From an uncultured Pelagibacteraceae bacterium (GTDB taxonomy: Bacteria; Pseudomonadota; Alphaproteobacteria; Pelagibacterales; Pelagibacteraceae), in contig CACJMP010000004.1 in assembly GCA_902594595.1 (NCBI GenBank), positions 2,130-66,129 of the forward strand: DNA of 64,000 bases, in the 5' to 3' direction. Below the pieces are notes generated by a model. It did no database searches. It saw only the letters and a program-made list of their open reading frames with translations, and was not told the origin of the DNA. Shown one piece after another: positions 51,848 to 60,971 of this stretch (position 1 is the stretch's first letter; every line of letters begins with the position of its first letter). The position numbers and the translations under genes were made by a program.

Positions 51848-52552
51848 TTAATTAAAAAACCTAAAAAATCTCTCGAAAAAAGGCTGTTTTTTTGATGTTT
51901 TTTTGATTATATGAACCTCATTTTCATCATTATCATACTTTAATCTTGCAGCAATTTGGCATTCAGACTCACCTTTATTTTTATAATTCTTATTTAAGTA
52001 TTCTGCCGAAAAAATTCTATCAATTCTAATTTGATACTTTTCAATTTTTTTTGAGTATTCTTCTATAATCTTATTACTCAAACAAATAAAATCTATTTGT
52101 AAACAAAGTTCATCACATTCAAAATTGTCATCTAAAGTTGAAAATATTTTTTTATCCATTAGAAAATTGTTTATCTTGATGTACGTTATTGATTTATCAG
52201 GGTTATTCTCCTTGATCTGTTGTTTTAAATCGAAAAGCATACGATTTAAGTCATGTTTGTTTATTTTGTCTCCCTTTCCATCTTTTTTTATTGAAACCTG
52301 TATTTGTAAAAAATTAGAGTCATGAATGATTAAATCAATTTCATTGATAAAATTGTTTATTTTTTTTTCTACCTTCAGAATATTATCTCCAAAAAATTTT
52401 TCATGAAAATTATCTAAATTTTCATTTTTATTTTTTTCACTTATCAAAATTTCACTCTTGAAAATTTCATTTTCTATACCATCAAAAACACATAGGGATA
52501 ACTTATTTAAACTAATAAAAAAAAAAGAATTTAAAACCATTTTAGCTTTCAT
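51848..52552 (-). CDS. Short, degenerate FtsA-like protein
   Basis: Sits in the ftsA position directly after ftsQ; 234 aa; C-terminal amphipathic helix PFFERFFRFFN; no DIG(T/S) phosphate-1 motif. Confidence 0.55.
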   Translation of the reverse strand: MKAKMVLNSFFFISLNKLSLCVFDGIENEIFKSEILISEKNKNENLDNFHEKFFGDNILKVEKKINNFINEIDLIIHDSNFLQIQVSIKKDGKGDKINKHDLNRMLFDLKQQIKENNPDKSITYIKINNFLMDKKIFSTLDDNFECDELCLQIDFICLSNKIIEEYSKKIEKYQIRIDRIFSAEYLNKNYKNKGESECQIAARLKYDNDENEVHIIKKTSKKQPFFERFFRFFN

Positions 52553-53216
52553 TAACTATAATTTGATTATTGATTCTCATATCGAAAATTTTTACGTTAC
52601 TAAATTGTGGTAAATTTTTTATTTTAAAATAATTGTTTAATGATTTAATTGAATTATTTGTTGGTAATTTTATTAAAGTTCCATTTTTTAATTTTAAGTC
52701 CCATCTTTTCGATGGAAAAAAATACAATTTTTTTATGTCGTTAAGTTTGATACTTGATTTCAAAATTTTTTCATTTATTAAAAAGAAATCTTTTAGTGAA
52801 GGATTTCCATAGACTGTTGGTAAATTTGGATCGTTTTTTGAGGATTTAATCAATTTTTTATTAGATCCGATAAAAAAATTTTCTTCAAGAATTCTTATAT
52901 TTGCTAAAAAGGTCGTTTTTTTTATCATAATATTTATATCTGATGGATAATTTTTATAGATTAAAAAAGACTCGATTAAATTATTTGAGTTTAAAATTTT
53001 TACCAATTCCTTCTTTTCTAAAAAAAAAATATTTTTTTTTTTTATTTTTTCAAATTTTGTTAATAAATTTTCACTCTCTACACTGTTCAAACCAACCAAT
53101 CTTAAATTTTTAATCTCAAAAAAGTTTAAATTAGTAAAGGATTTATTATTTATTGATCCAAAAATAATTAACAAAAGCAGGTAAATTAATATTTTTTTAT
53201 TTTTTGACAGAGGCAT
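52542..53216 (-). CDS. ftsQ: Cell division protein FtsQ/DivIB
   Basis: N-terminal TM, POTRA-like region (KNYPSDI), RWDL, FDMRINNQ; follows ddl. Confidence 0.8.
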   Translation of the reverse strand: MPLSKNKKILIYLLLLIIFGSINNKSFTNLNFFEIKNLRLVGLNSVESENLLTKFEKIKKKNIFFLEKKELVKILNSNNLIESFLIYKNYPSDINIMIKKTTFLANIRILEENFFIGSNKKLIKSSKNDPNLPTVYGNPSLKDFFLINEKILKSSIKLNDIKKLYFFPSKRWDLKLKNGTLIKLPTNNSIKSLNNYFKIKNLPQFSNVKIFDMRINNQIIVNES

Positions 53217-54111
53217 TATCTAACATCCACTTTATTAAATCAAAAAAACTTATACCATTATATGCGGCAATTTCTGGGACTAAAGAAAGTTTAGTCATTC
53301 CTGGTTGAGTATTAATTTCTAAAAGATAAAATTTATTTTTAAAAAACTTAAAATCTGATCTTGTTACTCCTCTACAACCAAGCAATTTATGGGCTTTAAA
53401 TGAAATACTTAAAACTTTATTTAAGTAATTTTTACTTATTTTGACGGGTATTATGTGTTTTGTTTTAGCACTTTTTTTATATTTAGCCTCGTAATCGTAA
53501 AATTTTCTTTTTGGTTTTAATTCTATAGCTCCCAATTTTTTTTTACCCATTATAGCAACTTGAATTTCCCTTCCAGGTATAAACTCCTCAATAATTATTT
53601 TTTTATAATCCTCTAGTAATTTTATTTTTGAGAAAATATTTGATCTATTACAAATAAAAACATTAACACTAGATCCCTCATTTATTGGTTTTATCACGAC
53701 AGGAAATTTAAGTTTTTTATTAATGAGCTTTATTAAATTTGTTTTAGATCTATTAAAATAATACATAATATATTTAGGTGTTAAGATATTATTTTTTAAG
53801 AAAATTTTTTTTGACAGTTCTTTGTCCATTGCAAGTGCAGATGGAATTACACCTGAGTGGGTGTAAGGAATATTTGTAGTTTCTAAAATTGATTGGATAT
53901 AACCATCCTCCCCAAATTGACCATGCAAAGCATTAAAAATCACATTAGGTTTGAATGATTTTATTGCATTATAAATGTGAAAGTTTGGTTCAGATATTTT
54001 TACAATATAACCATTTTTTCTTAATTCTTTAGCTACTTGTTTCCCAGTATCAAGGCTTATTACTCTCTCTTTTGATAACCCACCTGAAATTATTAATATC
54101 TTTTTTTTCAA
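53197..54111 (-). CDS. ddl: D-alanine-D-alanine ligase
   Basis: GGLSKERVISL, NALHGQFGEDG, KPINEGSS, FYDYEAKY, LEINTQPGMT. Confidence 0.97.
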   Translation of the reverse strand: MKKKILIISGGLSKERVISLDTGKQVAKELRKNGYIVKISEPNFHIYNAIKSFKPNVIFNALHGQFGEDGYIQSILETTNIPYTHSGVIPSALAMDKELSKKIFLKNNILTPKYIMYYFNRSKTNLIKLINKKLKFPVVIKPINEGSSVNVFICNRSNIFSKIKLLEDYKKIIIEEFIPGREIQVAIMGKKKLGAIELKPKRKFYDYEAKYKKSAKTKHIIPVKISKNYLNKVLSISFKAHKLLGCRGVTRSDFKFFKNKFYLLEINTQPGMTKLSLVPEIAAYNGISFFDLIKWMLDNASVKK

Positions 54112-54112
54112 A

Positions 54113-55021
54113 TTATTCCAAAATTTTAATTTCTTTTTCTAGTCTCACTCCAGTTTTCTCTAAAACATTTTTAGCCACATAATCTATTAAATTTTTCATA
54201 TCTTCAAATTTAGCATTACCCTTATTAACAAAAAAGTTACAATGTTTTTTGGAAATACAAGCATCACCAAAACTTTTGTCCAAAGGAACAGACTCTTTTA
54301 TTAGCTCCCAAACTTTTTTATCAGTTTGAAAAATAGGGTTTTTAAATGTACTGCCGCTTGTTTTGATTTTAGTTGGCTGGTTTTTTTCTTTTTCAGTCTT
54401 ATAACTAATTATTTTATCGCTTATTTTTTCTTTATTGCTTTTAATGCCTTTAAATGAAGCACTTAAAAAGATCAAATCATCAGGTATATTGCTTTTTCTA
54501 TATTCAAAATTAATATTCTTTGAAGAAAGAGTTTTAACATTTCCAATTTTGTCTATAGCTTGAACTGACAACAAAATATCTTTAAACTCATTTTCAAAAC
54601 AACCCGCGTTCATTCTTATTCCACCTCCTATAGTTCCAGGAATACATGACAAAAACTCAAAACCACTTAAATTATTTTTCATTGCAAAATCTGATAAAGA
54701 TTTATCCAAAACAGCGCTTCCAGCTATAATTATTTCATCTCGAAGCATAGTAATATTATTAAAATTTTTACTAAGTTTTATTACTACACCATCAAAAATT
54801 TTGTCCGTTATTAAAGTATTAGACCCGGCACCAAGAATAAATATTTTTTCATCATTATTCAATTTTTTCAGAAAATTTACTAATTCTTTTAAATTATCAG
54901 CTTTGAAGTAAACTTTTGATTTTCCTCCAATATTGAACCAATTTTTTTTCTTTAGATCGTAATTAAACTTTACATTATCTCCGAATTCACTAAGTATTTT
55001 TTCTAATTTTTCAATTTCCAT
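54113..55021 (-). CDS. murB: UDP-N-acetylenolpyruvoylglucosamine reductase
   Basis: IGG, LGAGSNTL, IPGTIGGGIRMNAG, GSTFKNP, HCNFFVN; start moved to MEIEK (TAATG overlap with murC). Confidence 0.96.
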   Translation of the reverse strand: MEIEKLEKILSEFGDNVKFNYDLKKKNWFNIGGKSKVYFKADNLKELVNFLKKLNNDEKIFILGAGSNTLITDKIFDGVVIKLSKNFNNITMLRDEIIIAGSAVLDKSLSDFAMKNNLSGFEFLSCIPGTIGGGIRMNAGCFENEFKDILLSVQAIDKIGNVKTLSSKNINFEYRKSNIPDDLIFLSASFKGIKSNKEKISDKIISYKTEKEKNQPTKIKTSGSTFKNPIFQTDKKVWELIKESVPLDKSFGDACISKKHCNFFVNKGNAKFEDMKNLIDYVAKNVLEKTGVRLEKEIKILE

Positions 55022-56415
55022 TACATTAATTGTGGAAGTTTTTTCATCCAATTAGATATAGATCCTGCTCCCATTCCAATCACAATTTTTTTTCCATACA
55101 TATTTTTTTTAAGAAATTTGGCTAATTGAATATTATTCTTTACTATAAATAATTCTACCTTAGATTTTCTAATTATCTCTTTAGCAAAATTTAAATAATT
55201 AAATCCTAATTTTATTTTTTCTCCTGCAGTATATATAGGACATAGAATAACAATATCAGCATCTTTAAAAGCAAGAGAAAAATCCCTCTTTAAATCCTTT
55301 AACCTTGAAATTCTATGTGGCTGAAATATACAAACTTTATCATGACCCTTGTAAACTTTATTAACACCTTCTAATACAACTTTAATTTCAGTAGGATGAT
55401 GAGCATAGTCATCATAAAAATCTATATTGTTATATGTAAAAATTTTATTAAACCTTCTTTGAACACCTTTAAAATTTAATAATCCATTTTTAATATCTTT
55501 TATTGGAATTCCAACAGTCAAGGCAACCGCTGTAGCTGCTACCGAGTTTCTAACATTATGGAAACCAAGCAGAGGGATTTGGATATTCTTTATTTCACTT
55601 TTTCTTTTATTTGGAATATTTATATGCAAATTAAAATTAGTATATTTTTTACTTTGTTTAATATTCTTTATCAAAAAATTTGAATTAATATTTGTTCCAT
55701 AAGTATAAAAATTTTGATTTTTTAATTCTTTGATTAATTCTTTATTAATTTTGTCATCTAAGCAAATAAAGGATTTTCCAAATGAGGGGACTTTTTCTAT
55801 AAATTTTTTGAAATAATGTTTTAAGTCTTTCATAGATTTATAAAAATCCATATGTTCCCTATCTACGTTAGTTATTATTGAGTAAGTTGGTGGTATGTGA
55901 ACAAAACTACCATCAGACTCGTCTGCCTCTAAAATGGACCAATCACTTTTACCCAATTTGGCAGTGCTTTTAATTGAATTAATGACACCACCATTAATAA
56001 TTGTAGGATCTAATTTTGATTTTTGAAAAATTGAAGAAACCAAAGAAGTAGTTGTAGTTTTGCCATGAGAACCTACTACAACTATATTTTTTGTTAATGA
56101 AACAATGTGCGCCAGCATTTCACCTCTTGTGATGATTGGCAAATTTTTTCGTTTAGCCTCAATCATTTCAGGGTTATTTTTTTTTATAGCTGAAGAGGCT
56201 ACAACAATTGTTACATCTTTTAAATTTTGTTTTTTTTGACCTATAAAAATTTTTATTTTTTCTTTTTTTAATCTTTCTATATTTTTGTTAAAAAATAAAT
56301 CGCTGCCTTGAACTCTAAATCCTTTACCTTTCATTATTAGAGATAATCCACTCATCCCTATACCGCCAATACCTACAAAATGAATAAGCTCTGTTTTTGC
56401 TAATTTAATTTTCAT
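55021..56415 (-). CDS. murC: UDP-N-acetylmuramate-L-alanine ligase
   Basis: HFVGIGGIGMSG, GSHGKTTTT, EADESDGSF, DDYAHHPTEI, FQPHR. Confidence 0.98.
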   Translation of the reverse strand: MKIKLAKTELIHFVGIGGIGMSGLSLIMKGKGFRVQGSDLFFNKNIERLKKEKIKIFIGQKKQNLKDVTIVVASSAIKKNNPEMIEAKRKNLPIITRGEMLAHIVSLTKNIVVVGSHGKTTTTSLVSSIFQKSKLDPTIINGGVINSIKSTAKLGKSDWSILEADESDGSFVHIPPTYSIITNVDREHMDFYKSMKDLKHYFKKFIEKVPSFGKSFICLDDKINKELIKELKNQNFYTYGTNINSNFLIKNIKQSKKYTNFNLHINIPNKRKSEIKNIQIPLLGFHNVRNSVAATAVALTVGIPIKDIKNGLLNFKGVQRRFNKIFTYNNIDFYDDYAHHPTEIKVVLEGVNKVYKGHDKVCIFQPHRISRLKDLKRDFSLAFKDADIVILCPIYTAGEKIKLGFNYLNFAKEIIRKSKVELFIVKNNIQLAKFLKKNMYGKKIVIGMGAGSISNWMKKLPQLM

Positions 56416-57469
56416 TAATATTTATTAAAATTTTTTGGTTAACATTTATCCATGAATTATCATAATTTAATTTTTTTAAACTTTCTTTTTTTTTTAAGTA
56501 ATCTCTCTTATCTTTTAGGATATTTTCTAAAAATTCTTCAATTTTTTCTTCAAAAACACTTTGCTCTAGTATCCAGCAACAGTCTTTATCTTTATAAAAA
56601 TTTGCATTAGCTGATTGATGATCGTCTCTGGCTGATGGCAAAGGTACAGCAATGAATGGTATGGAAAGAACTGACAACTCTGCCAAACTAGAAGCTCCAG
56701 CCCTAGTAATACATAAGTCTGCTTGCATCATGATGGTTGATAAATTTCTATTATAGCTAAAGATATTATTTTCTAAATTATTTGATAAATAAAAGTTCTG
56801 TAAAGTAGAAATATTGTCTTCTTTAGTTTGATGTACTATGCTAATTGAATGTTTTTTAGAAATATTAACTAAAACATTTTTTAAGTTTTTATCAAAAATA
56901 TTAGCACCTTGACTTCCACCAATTATTAAAATGGTAAATTTTTCATTTTCCTTACGTAATTCTTTTATTTTGTAAATATTTTCTTTAACTAGAGGCTTAA
57001 TTTCAACAATTTTATTTAGGAATTTATCAGGAAACCCATTGATTTTTTTTGTATAACAAAAAATTTTTTTACATGTACTCAAAAAGTATTTATTAGTTCT
57101 CCCGATTGTTTGATTAGGCTCTATTAGATAAATTTCTAATCTTAATAATCTAGCAGCTAAGATTAATGGTAAAGACATATAGCCTCCTGTTGAAAAAATT
57201 TTTTCTATTTTTTCTTTTTTTAATAAGCTTAGGGACTTGAAGATAAGAAACAAAATCTTAACCAAATTTATTGGTAAAAAGTAAAAATTATTTAATTTTG
57301 GAGTATCGATTATTTTGAAATTATATTTGTTCTTATCTAAATACTTTAAACCTCTATTATCTATTGAAACAGTCAGGTTTGCAACTTTAATTAGATGATC
57401 ATAAAAAATAGATGCCGGTATTACATGGCCTCCTGATCCACCTGTTGTAATTAAAAAATTTTTTTTCAT
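56405..57469 (-). CDS. murG: Lipid II GlcNAc transferase
   Basis: GGSGGHVIP, TGGYMS, GGSQGA, RAGASS, DDHQSANA. Confidence 0.96.
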   Translation of the reverse strand: MKKNFLITTGGSGGHVIPASIFYDHLIKVANLTVSIDNRGLKYLDKNKYNFKIIDTPKLNNFYFLPINLVKILFLIFKSLSLLKKEKIEKIFSTGGYMSLPLILAARLLRLEIYLIEPNQTIGRTNKYFLSTCKKIFCYTKKINGFPDKFLNKIVEIKPLVKENIYKIKELRKENEKFTILIIGGSQGANIFDKNLKNVLVNISKKHSISIVHQTKEDNISTLQNFYLSNNLENNIFSYNRNLSTIMMQADLCITRAGASSLAELSVLSIPFIAVPLPSARDDHQSANANFYKDKDCCWILEQSVFEEKIEEFLENILKDKRDYLKKKESLKKLNYDNSWINVNQKILININEN

Positions 57470-57470
57470 A

Positions 57471-58595
57471 TCATTTAATTTTTCTCTTTGTCAAATTTAA
57501 AATTATACCTGATAAAATTGAGATACTGATTATTGATGAACCACCATAGCTGATAAATGGAAGTGTCATTCCAGTGGTAGGGAATAATCTTATATTAACA
57601 CCTATATGTATCATTGCTTGCACTAAAATAAGACTTATACATCCAACTAAAATTAGTTTTGTCCTTTCACCTTGCTCCAAATAAACCTTTTTAAAAACTG
57701 AATGAATGAATATTAAGAATAATGATAAAATCAAAATTATAGCAATTACACCAAACTCTTCAGAGATAACCGATATTATATAATCTGTATGAGCCTCTGG
57801 TACTCTATTTTTTAGGGTTCCTTCCCCTATTCCTTTTCCAAAAAACCCTCCACTAGTAATTGAGTCAATTGCTTTTTCAGATTGAGCATTATGTGTGCCT
57901 GTTTCAGTATTAAAGAAAGATAAAATTCTACTTTTAATGTATGCAAATTTTGGGATAAAATTTATAGACAAATACAGCATCATAATAATAATTAGTGAAG
58001 AAGTTATTAAAAAAATAATATTTATTCCTGAAATAAAAATTAACACAGACCAAGTAAAAAAAATTAATAATGTTTGGCCTATATCTGGTTGGGCAGCCAA
58101 TAATAAAGCTATTAATAAAGTTAATAAAAAAGAAAATAAGTACTTTAAATAGACATTATTATATTTCTCGTTACTTAAAATTAAGCTTATTAGGATTATC
58201 AAAAAAGGTTTAACTAATTCTATTGGTTGAAATCTTGGCAGCATATATAAATCTATCCAACGTTGAGCACTGTTAACTTCCACGCCTATGATAGGGACTA
58301 GCATTAAAGAAAATAATGATAATATAAAAATTATTGGAGAAATTTTTAAAAGTTTTTTCTCATTAATCGATGATAAAACAAAAATGATAATTAATCCTAG
58401 AATGACAAAAGTAAGGTGTTTGAAAAAAAACGTATAATCGTTTGTTTCAAGTTTATCGGAGACTAATAAAGATGTTGAAACTAATGAGAAGAATAGACCA
58501 ATAATAAATAAAAGAATTATTAAAAAAAGAAGAAATTTGTCAATGTTCTTCCACCATTTATAATATAAATCAAAAATTGTTTTTTTATTTTCCAT
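57471..58595 (-). CDS. ftsW: Peptidoglycan glycosyltransferase FtsW
   Basis: SEDS motifs AQRWI, QPIELVK, QPDIG, PEAHTDYI, PTTGMTLPFISYGGSS. Confidence 0.95.
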   Translation of the reverse strand: MENKKTIFDLYYKWWKNIDKFLLFLIILLFIIGLFFSLVSTSLLVSDKLETNDYTFFFKHLTFVILGLIIIFVLSSINEKKLLKISPIIFILSLFSLMLVPIIGVEVNSAQRWIDLYMLPRFQPIELVKPFLIILISLILSNEKYNNVYLKYLFSFLLTLLIALLLAAQPDIGQTLLIFFTWSVLIFISGINIIFLITSSLIIIMMLYLSINFIPKFAYIKSRILSFFNTETGTHNAQSEKAIDSITSGGFFGKGIGEGTLKNRVPEAHTDYIISVISEEFGVIAIILILSLFLIFIHSVFKKVYLEQGERTKLILVGCISLILVQAMIHIGVNIRLFPTTGMTLPFISYGGSSIISISILSGIILNLTKRKIK

Positions 58596-59886
58596 ACAAG
58601 TGTTTTTTAACTAATTTGTTAAAATAATGTCCTCTATCCTCGAAATTTTTAAATGTATCAAATGATGCTGCGCTTGGACTAAAAAGAATAGTTTGATTAA
58701 TTAATTTATTTTTTTTTGTTATTTCTAAAACTTTTTTTATAGCGTCTTTGAGATTTTTAAAAATTTCATATTTTATTTTACCTTTTAAATTTTTGGTAAA
58801 AAAACCATTGTTACTTCCATAGATATACGCATTGATCTTATTAAAATATTTTTTTGATAAAATTAATTTATCTTCTTTTTTATGAATTCCACCTAATATC
58901 CAATGAATATTTTGATATTTCTTTAAAAGACTTAATGATGACGAAAAACTTGTAGATTTTGAATCATTGATAATTGTTAAATTTTTTTTTTTAAATATTA
59001 TTTGTTGGCGAAATTTTAATCCTTTAAACTTTTGAATTGTCTTTAATAATGAATTTTTATTTATTTTAAAATTTTTTAAAATTGCAAGAACAAAAAGTAA
59101 ATTTTCTTTATTTGTCTCGGTAGAAAAATAATTATTACTTATTTTTTTTAAAAAAATACTTTTTTTTTTGGTATCAACTTTAATTATTTTACTAGGGAAT
59201 TTATTGCCTCTAAGCTCTTTTGAAATTAAAGTGTCATTTTTTTTTAAAAAAGCTAAACTTCCATTTGTTTGATTTTTTAATAATTTAAATTTTGATTTTA
59301 TGTAATTATCTAAAGTTTCATGCCTTTCAATATGATCAGGTGATAGATTTAATATTGCTGCATATTTTGATTTAAAAATTTTACTATATTCTAATTGATA
59401 AGATGACGCTTCAACGATTAAAATGGTTTTTTTGTTGATATTCTTTGATGATAAAATGGGATTTCCAATATTTCCAACTAGTCTTACATCAAAATTTTGA
59501 TCACATAAAACCTCATATAAAAGCTGGCAAGTTGTAGATTTACCATTTGTTCCTGTAATTGTAACACAAACATTATTAAAGTGAGTATAAAATACATCTA
59601 AATCTGAATAAATTTTTTCATAATTTTTTTTCAAAAATTTTGAAAGTTTACATCTTTTAATATCAATACCAGGACTTAAAATGATAAAATCAAAAGTTGA
59701 ATTTAAAAGTTTTTTATAATCAATTATTTTTTTTTTTATATTTGAGTTATTTAATTTTAAGTTAAAGTCATCAAATAGTGATACATCGTTTTTTTTTTTT
59801 AAAAATTGAAAAGCTGATGTACCACTTTTTCCTAATCCATAAATTAAAATCTTCTTTTTAGAAAAAAAATTCAATTTTTTACTCAT
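58585..59886 (-). CDS. murD: UDP-MurNAc-L-Ala-D-glutamate ligase
   Basis: GLGKSG, SPGI, TGTNGKST, GNIG, SSYQL, NDSKST, SPSAASFD; start moved to MSKKL, overlapping the mraY stop. Confidence 0.95.
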   Translation of the reverse strand: MSKKLNFFSKKKILIYGLGKSGTSAFQFLKKKNDVSLFDDFNLKLNNSNIKKKIIDYKKLLNSTFDFIILSPGIDIKRCKLSKFLKKNYEKIYSDLDVFYTHFNNVCVTITGTNGKSTTCQLLYEVLCDQNFDVRLVGNIGNPILSSKNINKKTILIVEASSYQLEYSKIFKSKYAAILNLSPDHIERHETLDNYIKSKFKLLKNQTNGSLAFLKKNDTLISKELRGNKFPSKIIKVDTKKKSIFLKKISNNYFSTETNKENLLFVLAILKNFKINKNSLLKTIQKFKGLKFRQQIIFKKKNLTIINDSKSTSFSSSLSLLKKYQNIHWILGGIHKKEDKLILSKKYFNKINAYIYGSNNGFFTKNLKGKIKYEIFKNLKDAIKKVLEITKKNKLINQTILFSPSAASFDTFKNFEDRGHYFNKLVKKHLYGK

Positions 59887-60971
59887 CACCTTAATTTCAA
59901 TGTAGCCAAACCAATTACAGCTAATATTATTGAAATAATCCAAAACCTTATTACTACTGTCGACTCAGGCCAGCCCTTCTTCTCAAAATGGTGATGTATT
60001 GGAGCCATTTTGAATATTCTTTTCCCAGTTAATTTAAATGAAACTACTTGAACCACTACAGAAAGAGCTTCAAGAACAAATAAGCCTCCAGTTATTGCTA
60101 GTACTATTTCATGTTTAGTTATAATGCCTATCGCTCCTAATGAACCTCCTAAAGAGAGCGATCCTGTATCTCCCATGAAAATTTTTGCTGGGGGGGCGTT
60201 AAACCACAAAAAACCTAAACACGCACCTATTATAGAGCCACAAAAAATAGATATTTCACCCGTACCTTCAATATATAATATTTGAAGATATTCAGAAAAA
60301 AAAATATTACCCGTTATGTAGCTAATAAAAGCAAAACATCCTGCAACTAAAATAACTGGCACTGTTGCTAACCCATCTAAACCGTCGGTTAAATTTACTG
60401 CATTAGAAGAACCTACAATTACAAAAATTGAAAATGGTATAAAAAACCACCCAAGATTGATAATCAAATTTTTAAAAAATGGAAAATATAAGTTTTTAAA
60501 TTCCTTATATTCTACAAAATACATTAATACTATCAAGCCAGTCAAAGCTAAAACAATTTGCATTATTATTTTAAACTTTGATGAAATTCCCTCTGAGCTA
60601 ATATTTTTGATTTTTTTATAATCGTCATACGCACCTAGAATTCCAAATGACAAAACGATATATAGACAAAATAGAATATAAACATTTTTTAAGTCTGCCC
60701 AAAGTAAAACAGAAGCTATTAAACCAAATAAGATTACAACTCCACCCATAGTTGGAGTTCCTATCTTTTTGATAATATGATCTGATGGACCATCATCTCT
60801 TATTGGATTAAAAATTTTCCGATTTGAAAATAACTTTATAAAAGGACCACCAATCAAAAGTGTTATTAAAAGTGACGTGAAAAAAGCTAATCCAGTTCTA
60901 AAAGTGATATACTTAAAAACATTTAAAAATGAAAAGATCTCAACATAGTTGATTAATAATTCATATAACAT
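59886..60971 (-). CDS. mraY: Phospho-MurNAc-pentapeptide transferase
   Basis: GTPTMGG, DDY, NAVNLTDGLDGLA, FMGDTGS, MAPIHHHFEKKGW. Confidence 0.98.
   Translation of the reverse strand: MLYELLINYVEIFSFLNVFKYITFRTGLAFFTSLLITLLIGGPFIKLFSNRKIFNPIRDDGPSDHIIKKIGTPTMGGVVILFGLIASVLLWADLKNVYILFCLYIVLSFGILGAYDDYKKIKNISSEGISSKFKIIMQIVLALTGLIVLMYFVEYKEFKNLYFPFFKNLIINLGWFFIPFSIFVIVGSSNAVNLTDGLDGLATVPVILVAGCFAFISYITGNIFFSEYLQILYIEGTGEISIFCGSIIGACLGFLWFNAPPAKIFMGDTGSLSLGGSLGAIGIITKHEIVLAITGGLFVLEALSVVVQVVSFKLTGKRIFKMAPIHHHFEKKGWPESTVVIRFWIISIILAVIGLATLKLR

Noticed and set aside
52990-59880. Long A/T homopolymer runs as phase-variation tracts
   Set aside because: They are ubiquitous Lys/Phe codon runs in an AT-rich genome, and all reading frames remain intact
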